Positions 18,088 to 27,360 of a DNA stretch of 64,000 nt are shown here, one piece after another. The stretch's first letter is position 1; the number at the start of each line of letters is the position of its first letter. Below the pieces are notes generated by a model. The model ran no database searches. It saw only the letters and a program-made list of their open reading frames with translations, and was not told where the DNA came from. A program made the translations under genes and the position numbers. Source of the stretch: an uncultured Brevifollis sp. (GTDB taxonomy: Bacteria > Verrucomicrobiota > Verrucomicrobiia > Verrucomicrobiales > Verrucomicrobiaceae); assembly GCA_964588755.1 (NCBI GenBank), contig CAZPSQ010000002.1, positions 2,877 through 66,876 of the forward strand. Direction: 5' to 3'.

Positions 18088-20598
18088 TTACGAAACCTTC
18101 GCCGTGCTTTCCAGGGTGTAGGCCTGCACCTGAAAGGCCTGGCCGAGGATGCGCAGATCATCCCCCGGGTTCAGCGGGGCCACCTCCCCCGTGGCGAGGC
18201 GGCGTCCATTCAAGTCCACCATCGAGGCGGCCGTGGCCTCCACCCAGAAACCCTCCGTGTGGTGATGAAACCGCACCGCGCTGTTGGTGGGATCTGAGTC
18301 ATCAAACACCAGACGCCCCGTGGTGTCCGTGGTGAGGCTGGCATCCGTGAAGATCCACGCCACCTCAAAAGGCAGGGTGCCGCGGTCGAGCGAATAAAGG
18401 GCGCAGGCCCCACGGCGCAGGGCACGGTGCTTCGACACCGGCCAGCCTGTGACCGCAGGCCCCGGCGTGGCATAGGCGGACCTGAGCGGGCGTATCTCCA
18501 GCGGATACTCTCCGGCGAGCGTCAGCGTCATCGGCAGTTCGGCAATCTCCTGGCTGCCCACGCGATGCCCTGCGGTGAACGAGGGGTTCGTGGTGCCAAT
18601 GTCACTGAGGAAGATCTGCCCGTTTTGCATGAACACCTTGGCCTGCGCACGGCTGATGAGGCGGGTGCGGTTGTCATTGACGGGGTTGCTGGGCCGCAAC
18701 TGCGCCACGTAGTCACTGTGCGTGCTGGCGCGGCCCATCCACACGGCATCCTCCGCCACCAGGGCGATGATGGGCTGGCCGCTCTCCACCGGCCGCAGGC
18801 GCAGGCGCGTGGCCGGCTGTGGGGCCGCATTGCGCAGATCCTCCGGCACCTGCAGCACGGGGCGGCTGTCCTTGGCCACGGCGGTGTGCCCGGCCAAGGC
18901 CGCCGTGAGCTGCGCCAGCAGGCGTGGCAGCGTCAAATCACCCGTCTGGTCTGGCGCGATCGCCCGGCGCAGCATGCCGTTGGTCTCGGCACTCAGCTCT
19001 GGCACGGGGGAAAACCTGGCAGGCCCCTCCCCGGACAGCTCCCCGGCATCCTGCCCCAGCAGCAGGAGCGCCAGACGCGCAAAGTGCGCCACCGGCCGCT
19101 CCACCACGGCGGCGTGCGCGCAGGTGGACTCCAGCACCAGCTGGGCCGCATCCAGCAGCAGCAGCCCGCCTTCATCCGACCCCGCGTCATTCTTGCCCGG
19201 CGGGAGCCAGAACTGCCCCAGGGAGGTGGCCACAAACTTCCGCTCCACCAAGCCCCACAAGGCTTCATACGAGGCATGGATGGTGGCCAGCAGGCGCGCC
19301 ACGGTGGGGCGGGAAAATGAGCGGCGCTCGCGCAAGGCGTCCAGCAAGGTGCGGCCAGGGGGCAGAGGCCGGGCCACATGCAGGACACGGGGGCCGCCCT
19401 GCACATCCACCGGCCGCAGGAGCTCGGCACGCTGCCCCTGCTGCAAAGTCTGCATCAGCCCGCCGAGACGCCGCAGCGCCTCACCCACCTCCGCCGAAAC
19501 ATCCAGCGAGGTGATCAGCACGCTGCCAAACGTCGGATGCGTGGCCTCATTGAGACGCCAGGCCTCGCTGGAGCGCAGCTCCTGGGTGATGACATACCCT
19601 GGCGGCGGGGCCAGGTCCACAGGCGCGGCCGCTTCCGGCACGACCGGCGCCACGGCCGCCGGCGCAGGGGCCGGTGCCACCGCCGCAGATGCGGCAGTCG
19701 GCGCGGTGGTGGCCGCCTGCGGGGCGCCCCCGGTGCCGGTGATGCGCGCGGTGAGATGATGTGGGGCAGGCCGACGGAGCCCTGTGGCGGAGCCATTCTC
19801 CCCGCCGCCCAGGAACTGGGAGACAAACTCATCGAGGGACTCAAAGCTGTGGCGCTGCGCGCCCGCCAGCGCGCTGCGCAGCAGGGTGTTTTGATAAATC
19901 GTCAGCGTGGGTATGGCGCGGAAGCGCTCATTCTGCGCCCCGCCGCCCGCTGTGGCCCCCAGCATCTCCGCGCACAGGGTGGCCAGCGGCGTCACATACT
20001 CCCGCGTGTCCTCCGGCAGCGTCACCGTCTCTCCGCCGATGAGTGAGGCGGGATTGAAGGCCATGGTCTGCAGTGAGTCGGCCTGCGCGGCCGCCCCCCC
20101 GCCAAAGAGCGGCATGTCCGGCATCAGCACGGTGGCCGCGTTGTTTTCAAAATCCACCATCACCTGGGTGGCTTCCAGACTGAGGCGTGGCCAGCACTGC
20201 TCCACGGCCACGCGCAGCGCCTCCCCCAGCATGGAGACGAGCCACTCCACCTGCTCCACGCTGAGCCTTTGCTGCACGCGCAGGATGTCGCGCAGATCAC
20301 GCCCGGGCGGCATCTCCGCCGCCATCCAGTGGTACTCCGGCTCAAACTTGAACTCTGTCACCGCAGTGAGCAGCGGTGTGCGCGGCGTCTGCATCTGCGT
20401 GGCCAGCAGGCGCTGGCGGGACAGCACCTCCGGCGTCAGCGGCCCATGGCTGGCCCAGCTGAGCACCAGCGGCCTGGCCCCCGGCTGCCGGGCCGGGCGG
20501 GCTATGGCGCGCCGGTGCAGCATGGAGGGGGCATGCAGCCGCCCCACCAGGTCAAACCGTTCAAGCAACTCCTGATCAAGGCGGGCAACGCTGGACAT
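18088..20598 (-). CDS. Cytoplasmic protein with two degenerate kinase-like (pseudokinase) domains and C-terminal FHA domain(s)
   Basis: Two homologous ~250-aa units (EMPPGRDLRDILRVQQRLS / PLPPGRTLLDALRERRSFS; RFRAIPTL..NTLLRSAL / RFSPVPEL..NGMLRRAI) joined by an Ala/Pro linker. FHA motifs MGR...ISRAQ...LSDIGTTNPSF, plus a second FHA-like tail (LNGRRL..PLNPGDDLRILG). Confidence 0.7.
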   Translation of the reverse strand: MSSVARLDQELLERFDLVGRLHAPSMLHRRAIARPARQPGARPLVLSWASHGPLTPEVLSRQRLLATQMQTPRTPLLTAVTEFKFEPEYHWMAAEMPPGRDLRDILRVQQRLSVEQVEWLVSMLGEALRVAVEQCWPRLSLEATQVMVDFENNAATVLMPDMPLFGGGAAAQADSLQTMAFNPASLIGGETVTLPEDTREYVTPLATLCAEMLGATAGGGAQNERFRAIPTLTIYQNTLLRSALAGAQRHSFESLDEFVSQFLGGGENGSATGLRRPAPHHLTARITGTGGAPQAATTAPTAASAAVAPAPAPAAVAPVVPEAAAPVDLAPPPGYVITQELRSSEAWRLNEATHPTFGSVLITSLDVSAEVGEALRRLGGLMQTLQQGQRAELLRPVDVQGGPRVLHVARPLPPGRTLLDALRERRSFSRPTVARLLATIHASYEALWGLVERKFVATSLGQFWLPPGKNDAGSDEGGLLLLDAAQLVLESTCAHAAVVERPVAHFARLALLLLGQDAGELSGEGPARFSPVPELSAETNGMLRRAIAPDQTGDLTLPRLLAQLTAALAGHTAVAKDSRPVLQVPEDLRNAAPQPATRLRLRPVESGQPIIALVAEDAVWMGRASTHSDYVAQLRPSNPVNDNRTRLISRAQAKVFMQNGQIFLSDIGTTNPSFTAGHRVGSQEIAELPMTLTLAGEYPLEIRPLRSAYATPGPAVTGWPVSKHRALRRGACALYSLDRGTLPFEVAWIFTDASLTTDTTGRLVFDDSDPTNSAVRFHHHTEGFWVEATAASMVDLNGRRLATGEVAPLNPGDDLRILGQAFQVQAYTLESTAKVS

Positions 20599-20632
20599 GC
20601 TGGGCTCTTCTCTGATTCAACAAAACAAGGGT

Positions 20633-21751
20633 TCACTCAAACCGGATCTGCACCGACTCCTGCACCGGCATGACCGGCGCTGGCGCAGACGGGGCCACCG
20701 GGCGCGGGGCCGCAGGTGCGGGAGCAGGCTGCGTGACCACCGCAGGAGGGGCGGACACACGCGGCGCCTGCACCGCAGGGATGGCCGGGGCGGGCCTGTC
20801 CTGCACGGCGGGCACCGGAAGCGGCGCGGACGGGACCATCCTCACCGGCTGCAGCACCGCAGTGCTGTCCGTGATGGAGCTGTTCAGCGGCTTCCCCGCC
20901 CACTGGATGACATAGGTGTCCGGCACCACCTGGGTGGGGGTGCTTTGGGGGATGGCACGCTGCCCGCCGGGCGGCAGCGGCAGCGGGATGGGTGTGTAGG
21001 CGTTCCCATGCACCTCTCCCTGCGCCTGCACCGTGGCGTTGGGGTTGGCCGGCCTGCTGGCGGCGCTCCTGGCAGCCGCGCTGTTGATGAACGAAACAAT
21101 CTTCTCCTGGACCACTGCGACATCTGGCACCTGCCACCGACCGTCGGGGCCAGACTGCAATGGAAAAATCAGGCTGGCCAAGCGCCCCTGGCCATCCTTG
21201 ACCTTGAACTGCATCTCCGAGTCATAACGTCCGCTGCCATCCGCCGCAGGGCGCGGACGCTTGATCGTGGTGTCAGCCAGGTATCCGGCGGGAATGGTGC
21301 GCGCCACCTTGCCGCGCAGCTCCTCGGCCTGGTTAAACAAGGCTCCCTCCAGCCGCTCCTTCAGTTTCTTTGCGTCCGCCTCCTGCGCGGCGGCCTGGGC
21401 GCGCTGCTGCTCCGCGTTGTTTGCCTGCGCGGCTGCGGCCGCCTTCGCCATGCTCAGCTCTTTCTCCAACGCGGCGATCCGCGCCTCCGCCTCGCTCAGC
21501 TTTTGCTGCGCCGCACCTGTGTCTGGCGCGGCCGGGGCGGGCGCGCCTGCGGCGGCGGCGGCCTGCTGGGCGGCGGTTTGCTGCACGGCTTCCATCAGGC
21601 TTTTCTCGGAAAGCTTGGTTTTGTCCCCCGGCGCATCCTGACCTTGGGCACACACCTGGCCAGCCATCCCGGCAACGAGTCCTGCAATTCCCAAAAATGT
21701 GGTGCCCGCAGACCGCCAGATGCAGTTAAGAGAAGACATGTTCATGTTCAT
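20633..21751 (-). CDS. Exported coiled-coil, Pro/Ala-rich protein of unknown function (paralog of 21775..22764)
   Basis: Signal-like N-terminus ending GQVCA; coiled coil; shared domain DTTIKR..LIFPLQSGPDGRWQVP; C-terminus MPVQESVQIRFE. Alternative ATGs at 21745 and 21739. Confidence 0.8.
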   Translation of the reverse strand: MNMNMSSLNCIWRSAGTTFLGIAGLVAGMAGQVCAQGQDAPGDKTKLSEKSLMEAVQQTAAQQAAAAAGAPAPAAPDTGAAQQKLSEAEARIAALEKELSMAKAAAAAQANNAEQQRAQAAAQEADAKKLKERLEGALFNQAEELRGKVARTIPAGYLADTTIKRPRPAADGSGRYDSEMQFKVKDGQGRLASLIFPLQSGPDGRWQVPDVAVVQEKIVSFINSAAARSAASRPANPNATVQAQGEVHGNAYTPIPLPLPPGGQRAIPQSTPTQVVPDTYVIQWAGKPLNSSITDSTAVLQPVRMVPSAPLPVPAVQDRPAPAIPAVQAPRVSAPPAVVTQPAPAPAAPRPVAPSAPAPVMPVQESVQIRFE

Positions 21752-21774
21752 AAGGTGGACGTACAACGCACCAG

Positions 21775-22764
21775 TTACTCAAATCGGATTTGTACATCCT
21801 GCTGTACGGGCATTAACGCCTTGGGCGCGGGCCGCGCGGCAGGGGGGGCGGGCTTCACGGCGGGGGCAGGTGCCGCCGCTGGTGGCGGGGCTGCTGGCGC
21901 TGGCGCGGCTGCGGTGGTGGCCGGACGCGCGGCGGGGGCATTGTCCCACTGCACCACAATGGTGGGCGCAACGCCGCCTCCGCCAGGAGCGGACGCGGGA
22001 ACCACAGGCGTGCTGGGAGGCGGTGCAGCAGGCACGGCGGCTGGCGTGGCAGGTGCCACCGGCTGCTGAGGGGCCGCAGGCGCGGCGGCCACCGGCGCGG
22101 TGGATGCCGCAGTGCCAGCAATGTGCTGCCTCACATCTTCAATCCCGGGCATGCGCCACTGGCCGTCCAGCCCGGCCTGCACAGGGAACTCCAGCCGTCG
22201 CGGCTGCCCGGCCGCATCCAGCATGTTGAAGACCACGGCAGAGCTGAAGGCCGTGGCAATGTTTTCCGGCAGGCGCAGGCGCTTCACCGTGGTGTCCTGA
22301 ATGTTGGAATCTGGCAAGGCCTGCTCCACCGCCTGCTGCAGGTCGGAGGTCTTGCTCAGGAGATCACGCTCCATGGTTTTGACAAACTCCCGGAAGCTGT
22401 CGGCATTGCCTTTGGCAGCGCCGGACTCAGCCTTGGCGGCGGCCACGGCCTCATCCATTTTTTTCTGCATGGATGCGGCGCGCTCTTCCGCCTCCGCCGC
22501 TTTTTGCACGGCTGCCGCAAGTGCCTGGGAGTTATCCGTCGCTGCCGCGCTGGTGGTGCTGGCGGCGGCTGCGGCCGCAGCCTCAGCGGCCTGTCTGGCA
22601 GACTCCAGTTCGGCAGTGGCCTCACTCGCCTTCTTCTCGGCGGCGGCCAGCTTTTCACGGAGTTGCCGCAGCTCCAGCACCTGCTCCTCGCTTTCCGAAC
22701 AACCAGACAAGGCCAGCACTCCGGCCAGCATCGTCACAACATAGGAAGATGTTTTTGCACTCAT
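21775..22764 (-). CDS. Lipoprotein, coiled-coil and Pro/Ala-rich, unknown function
   Basis: ATG 22764 gives MSAKTSSYVVTMLAGVLALSGC (lipobox LSGC); domain DTTVKR..LEFPVQAGLDGQWRMP; C-terminus MPVQQDVQIRFE. Confidence 0.82.
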   Translation of the reverse strand: MSAKTSSYVVTMLAGVLALSGCSESEEQVLELRQLREKLAAAEKKASEATAELESARQAAEAAAAAAASTTSAAATDNSQALAAAVQKAAEAEERAASMQKKMDEAVAAAKAESGAAKGNADSFREFVKTMERDLLSKTSDLQQAVEQALPDSNIQDTTVKRLRLPENIATAFSSAVVFNMLDAAGQPRRLEFPVQAGLDGQWRMPGIEDVRQHIAGTAASTAPVAAAPAAPQQPVAPATPAAVPAAPPPSTPVVPASAPGGGGVAPTIVVQWDNAPAARPATTAAAPAPAAPPPAAAPAPAVKPAPPAARPAPKALMPVQQDVQIRFE

Positions 22765-22876
22765 AAAAAAAGAAACAGGCTTGACCGTGATAACGTGGAG
22801 GGCGTTAACTTGATGCGAAGCGCCTGATGCCAGAGCGCATCCTCTTCGTGAAACTAAAACAAAACCCTCCTTTGTC

Positions 22877-23683
22877 ATGAAAAGATTCCGCCTGCTCCTT
22901 GGCCTCATCCCAGCCCTACTCACCCCTTGTCTGCATGCCCAGGAAAAGGCTGCTTTTGACATGTCCGCCGCCAAGAGCTCCGAGCTCGGACTGCCCAGCC
23001 CCATGGACAAACTGCTGGGCCTGGACGCCGCCCTTGCAGGCAAGGGCATGCCCTGGATCAGCGTTTACCAGGAGATCGCGCGCAACGCCGACCTGGCCAA
23101 GCTCAAGGGGGATGTGCATCTGTGCCTGGCCCTGGGTGTCCGCATTGCGGACGGCATCATGGCGGTGAAGGCGCAGGACGCCAACGCGCTCAACGAATGC
23201 GCCAGTGACATCGAGGATCTGGGGCGCAAGCTCAATGTTTCCGAGAACGAGCTCTCCCGTGCCAAGAAGACCCGCGCGCTGGCCAACAAAGGCCAGTGGA
23301 CCCTGGTCTTCTGGGAGATGGGCTGTCTGCAGGTGGACATCATGCACTCGCTGAACCAGAAGGGCAATGAGCGCAGGCGCACTCTGATCATTGCCTCCGG
23401 ATGGCTGCAAGGCGTGCATTATGCAGCCCATGTTATTCATGCAAAATACACGCCCGGACTTTCTAACTTCCTCCGCGAGCCGCTGCTGGTGAAAGCGATG
23501 ATCTCCGCCATGGATGACCTACCTGCGGCAACCAAGGCGGACGCACGTGTCACCAAGATGGCGGCCGCCCTCAAGGAACTCTATGACATCATCAACATCC
23601 CGCTCGACGGCACCATCCCAAAAGAAAAGGTGCAAAGAGTTAATGATCTGGCACGGGAGCTCGCCGAAGAATTTGTTTCATAG
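22877..23683 (+). CDS. Exported all-alpha hypothetical protein
   Basis: Signal peptide MKRFRLLLGLIPALLTPCLHA; amphipathic helices (LALGVRIADG, IIASGWLQG); divergent from 22764. Confidence 0.8.
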   Translation: MKRFRLLLGLIPALLTPCLHAQEKAAFDMSAAKSSELGLPSPMDKLLGLDAALAGKGMPWISVYQEIARNADLAKLKGDVHLCLALGVRIADGIMAVKAQDANALNECASDIEDLGRKLNVSENELSRAKKTRALANKGQWTLVFWEMGCLQVDIMHSLNQKGNERRRTLIIASGWLQGVHYAAHVIHAKYTPGLSNFLREPLLVKAMISAMDDLPAATKADARVTKMAAALKELYDIINIPLDGTIPKEKVQRVNDLARELAEEFVS

Positions 23684-23739
23684 ATAAGACCAAAATTTCT
23701 TGCGGCACGTTTGATCAGTCGGTTAACCTATAACTCGTC

Positions 23740-24276
23740 ATGAAGCTTCCCACACTTACACTTGCAATCATCGGACTTCTTAGCTCGGCCGTCTCCACTT
23801 TGCGCGCGGACCCCGCCCAGGCGGAAGATGTCGCCTACCGGATGGCCGACCCTTACATCCACAAGGCCTTCCAGATGGCGCCCACCGACCACTCGGGCAT
23901 GCTCACCTCCGGCAACGCGGTGCGCTTCCTCATCCCGGTGGTGCGCGGGCTGGACTATGTGTTCCTTGTCGGCACGGATGACTTCGCGCGTGACGTGGAC
24001 ATCTATGTGTATGACGAAGTGGGCCAGCTGATCCTGGACGACCGCCGCTCCTCCAAGATCGCCGGCGTGCAGTTCCGCTCCTCCTACAACGGCACCGCCG
24101 TGGTTTACCTGCACATGGCGCGCGCCAATGGCCTGGCCTCCTACACCGTGCTGGTTGGCCGCCGTGGTGTGGCCAAGGAAGGCATCCTTGATGGCTCCGG
24201 CAACACCGGCACACAGTCCACCGACGGCTCGGGCTCCACCCCTCTGCCACCGGGAGCCCTCAAGAAGGAGGAGTAA
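23740..24276 (+). CDS. Exported protein with a PPC (pre-peptidase C-terminal)-like beta-sandwich
   Basis: Signal peptide ending TLRA; motif Y-x-F..G..D..DVDIYVYDEVGQLI.DD. Confidence 0.7.
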   Translation: MKLPTLTLAIIGLLSSAVSTLRADPAQAEDVAYRMADPYIHKAFQMAPTDHSGMLTSGNAVRFLIPVVRGLDYVFLVGTDDFARDVDIYVYDEVGQLILDDRRSSKIAGVQFRSSYNGTAVVYLHMARANGLASYTVLVGRRGVAKEGILDGSGNTGTQSTDGSGSTPLPPGALKKEE

Positions 24277-24342
24277 TCCCCGCTCCGCCGTTCCAACCGC
24301 CCTGCCCTCCAACCCGCCAAGCACTGACATCATTCATCCCTC

Positions 24343-24546
24343 ATGAAAACAAACATTGCTCTCCTCCTCACAGCCCTCCTGCTGTCTAACTGCACTTACC
24401 ACACTTACGTGGCTCCGCCGAAGACCACCACCACGACCACCCGCCGTCCCACCACGACCACCTCCAAACATGGTGGCAGCGTCAGCAGCTCCACCAACCC
24501 GGACAGCTTCCAGGCGGTGACGAAGCCCTCCACCTACAGCCGTTGA
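24343..24546 (+). CDS. Small Thr-rich lipoprotein
   Basis: MKTNIALLLTALLLSNC lipobox; Thr tract; followed by a terminator. Confidence 0.7.
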   Translation: MKTNIALLLTALLLSNCTYHTYVAPPKTTTTTTRRPTTTTSKHGGSVSSSTNPDSFQAVTKPSTYSR

Positions 24547-24581
24547 TCTGGCCAGAGGTCAGGACAGACCACACATCCTTC

Positions 24582-24618
24582 GCAGGCCGCCTCCCCCGGG
24601 GGCGGCCTGCTTCTTTTT
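24582..24618 (+). terminator. Rho-independent terminator
   Basis: GCAGGCCGCC..GGCGGCCTGC stem followed by TTCTTTTT. Confidence 0.75.
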
Positions 24619-24694
24619 GGCCCGTGGCCGCCTTGCGACTTGAACCCGGCGGCTGTCTCCACGAAACTTCCACCGTCCCACGCGCTGCTAACTC

Positions 24695-27214
24695 ATGAGT
24701 GATCCCGTTCCCACCAACCTTGATGAAATTGAGTTCGGAGCAACGATGCGCGGCCACCAGTCGGGGGACCTCGCCTTTGGCCGTTTCGCCCTGAAGCGAG
24801 TGCTTGGGCGCGGTGGCATGGGCGTGGTCTGGCTGGGGGCGGACACACTGCTCGGCCGTGAGGTGGCGCTGAAATTTGCCCCGGACACCCTCCGCTCCGA
24901 CGACGCGGCCATTGAGGAGCTCAAGGGCGAGACACGCCGAGGCCAGGACCTCTCCCACCCCAACATTGTCAAAATCTTCGACTTCTTCCTCGATGACAGC
25001 CATGCGGCCATCTGCATGGAGTACGTGGATGGAGACACCCTGGCGAAGCTGCGCGTGCGGCAGCCCAACAAGGTCTTTGAGCCCCATCAGGTCGCCCGCT
25101 GGGTGGCGCAGATGCTCGACGGCCTCTCCTACGCGCACCGCAATGTGAAGATCGTGCACCGCGACCTCAAGCCCCCGAATCTGATCATCAACTCCCAGGG
25201 GGACCTGAAGATCATGGACTTCGGCATTGCCCGCAGCATTCAGGACTCGATGTCGCGGGTGACGATCGCCGGCAACTCCACGGGCACGCTGGCTTACATG
25301 AGCCCGCAGCAGGCCGCAGGAAGATCTGCCAGCATCTCCGACGACATCTACTCCCTGGGCAGCACACTCTATGAGCTCTTCACTGGCAAGCCGCCCTTTT
25401 TCTCCGGCGATTTCGGCCGGCAGATCCGCGAGGACGTCCCCCCACCGGTCAGCGAACGACGGATCGAGTTTGGCCTGACCGGCACCGAGCCCTTCCCCGC
25501 CCAATGGGAGGACGTGATCCGCCGCTGTCTGGCCAAGCAGCCGGAGCAGCGCCCAGCCTCCATCGAGGAAGTGCGCGCCCTCTTGAGCATCGGCGCGGGT
25601 GAGCATGCGCCCTCCCTGGCGCCCTCCGCCCTGCACGACATCACCGCCCCCTTCACGCGGGACCCGGCCGGGCCGGACACGCACACGCAGACCTCCCCCC
25701 CCACGCTTTCCTCCACCGCACGGGGCGTCACCGTGCGCGCAGGCGGCGGCCTCTCCCCCCTGGTGGACCCGCTGACACAGCGTGGCGTCACACAGACCGT
25801 CCCGCCCACCGTCAAGCAGCAGCCTGCGGCGGCCGCCAGCGTGCAGGAGGAGAAGCGCAAGTCCAAGTCTGGGCTGTACCTGGCCGCCGCAGCCGCCGTG
25901 CTGCTGGCAGGTGGAGCCGCTCTCTACCTGAGGCCCAGGCCCGTGGTCACGAACAGCACGGGGGAAAAGCCTGCGGACCCAGCCGTGACACAACAGCCGC
26001 AGCCTGCGGTCAGCGAGCAGCCGAAACCCACGGTGGCGGAAACCCCCAAGCCTGCGGCGGAAGAGCCCAAGGCCATGCCCAAGACACCGCCCAGCCTTGT
26101 GGTGCCGGACGGCTACCCCACCATTCAGGAGGCCCTGGCGGCAGCAAAACCCGGCGACACCGTACGAGTGAAGGCCGGCACCTATGAGGAGCATCTCAAG
26201 CTTGTGGACGGGGTCTCCCTGGCCGCCGCCGCACCTGGGGAGCGCGTGCTCATCACGGTGGATGGCAAGGCAGGCAGCGCCATCGAGGGCGACAAAATCA
26301 AGACTCCCGTCAAGATCAGCGGCCTGACCTTTGCGCATGGGGATGACTCCGGCAGCAGCACCACAGGCGCGCCCGTGGCAGGCATCCTCTCCAGCAACGT
26401 CACCTTTGAGGACTGCGTTTTTGAAAAAGGACTGGGCGACGGCGTGAAGGTGGAGGGCTCCGGCCGCGTGTCCCTGCTGCGCTGCGCCGCACGCCAAAAC
26501 CAGGGTTCCGGCTTCCAACTGGCACGTGGCGCCAATGTCATCCTCGAAAAATGCCAGGCCTCCAGCAACGGCATCGACGGCCTCTCCGTCACCGGCCGGT
26601 CCAATGCGGAGGCCCGGGAGACCGACCTCACACGCAATCAGGCAAACGGCGTGGCGGTGGAGAAAGGCGCCGCGCTCAAGGCCCTGCAGGTCAACGCCGG
26701 TGAAAACGTGCTGAACGGCCTCTACGCCGTTGATTCCGGAACGCAGGTGGGCTGGAAAGGTGGCAGCCTCAGCAGAAATGGCTTTGTCTTCAATGGCAAC
26801 ACCAGCAAAGGCACCGAGAGCGGCCAGGGCGGCGGCGGTGTGGTGGCGGAGGGCTCACCGGTCATCACCATCGAGGACGCCCAGGTGGAAAACAACGCCA
26901 AGTCCGGCATCCAGCTCATGGAATGCTCCAGCGGCAGCGCGGTCCGCAACTGTGTCGTCAAAGGCAACCCCTACCGTGGCATCATGCTGATCGGGGCCGC
27001 CGGGCAGGACATCACGGTGGAGGGCAACCAGTGCCTGGGCGGCGGGCAGCACGGCATCACCGTGCAGGGAGCGGACTTCGCCCCCAAGCTGCTGCGCAAC
27101 CACTGCGCCTCCAACGCGCTGACAGGCATCTTTGTTTACGCGGGCGCCACGCCTGCGCTGGAGGGGAACACCTTCCAGGGCAACAGCAAGGAGATCGAGA
27201 ACGGCGCGCCGTAG
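24695..27214 (+). CDS. Membrane Ser/Thr protein kinase with right-handed beta-helix (pectin-lyase-like/NosD) ectodomain
   Basis: GRGGMG, VALK, HRDLKPPN, DFG, GTLAYMSPQ; Thr-rich linker; TM LYLAAAAAVLLAGGAALYL; VVPDGYPTIQEAL..GDTVRVKAGTYEE followed by ~22-aa N..GI repeats. Confidence 0.93.
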   Translation: MSDPVPTNLDEIEFGATMRGHQSGDLAFGRFALKRVLGRGGMGVVWLGADTLLGREVALKFAPDTLRSDDAAIEELKGETRRGQDLSHPNIVKIFDFFLDDSHAAICMEYVDGDTLAKLRVRQPNKVFEPHQVARWVAQMLDGLSYAHRNVKIVHRDLKPPNLIINSQGDLKIMDFGIARSIQDSMSRVTIAGNSTGTLAYMSPQQAAGRSASISDDIYSLGSTLYELFTGKPPFFSGDFGRQIREDVPPPVSERRIEFGLTGTEPFPAQWEDVIRRCLAKQPEQRPASIEEVRALLSIGAGEHAPSLAPSALHDITAPFTRDPAGPDTHTQTSPPTLSSTARGVTVRAGGGLSPLVDPLTQRGVTQTVPPTVKQQPAAAASVQEEKRKSKSGLYLAAAAAVLLAGGAALYLRPRPVVTNSTGEKPADPAVTQQPQPAVSEQPKPTVAETPKPAAEEPKAMPKTPPSLVVPDGYPTIQEALAAAKPGDTVRVKAGTYEEHLKLVDGVSLAAAAPGERVLITVDGKAGSAIEGDKIKTPVKISGLTFAHGDDSGSSTTGAPVAGILSSNVTFEDCVFEKGLGDGVKVEGSGRVSLLRCAARQNQGSGFQLARGANVILEKCQASSNGIDGLSVTGRSNAEARETDLTRNQANGVAVEKGAALKALQVNAGENVLNGLYAVDSGTQVGWKGGSLSRNGFVFNGNTSKGTESGQGGGGVVAEGSPVITIEDAQVENNAKSGIQLMECSSGSAVRNCVVKGNPYRGIMLIGAAGQDITVEGNQCLGGGQHGITVQGADFAPKLLRNHCASNALTGIFVYAGATPALEGNTFQGNSKEIENGAP

Positions 27215-27246
27215 CGCCCTATCAAGCCCCGTCACTTTTGGCCGCC

Positions 27247-27316
27247 CGCGCCCGGAATGCCTGGGCGCGTTGTTCGTGCTTCAGCATGCCAGGGGAAGCT
27301 CGAATCATGCTGAAGC
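27247..27316. repeat. Two inverted repeats between convergent genes (possible bidirectional terminator or REP-like element)
   Basis: CGCGCCC/GGGCGCG hairpin (27247-27269) and a perfect 11-bp inverted repeat GCTTCAGCATG (27278-27288) / CATGCTGAAGC (27306-27316). Confidence 0.5.
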
Positions 27317-27360
27317 CCAGCCTGCGACGGCTCGTTGGCGACGGGGCCGCCGCTTCAACG

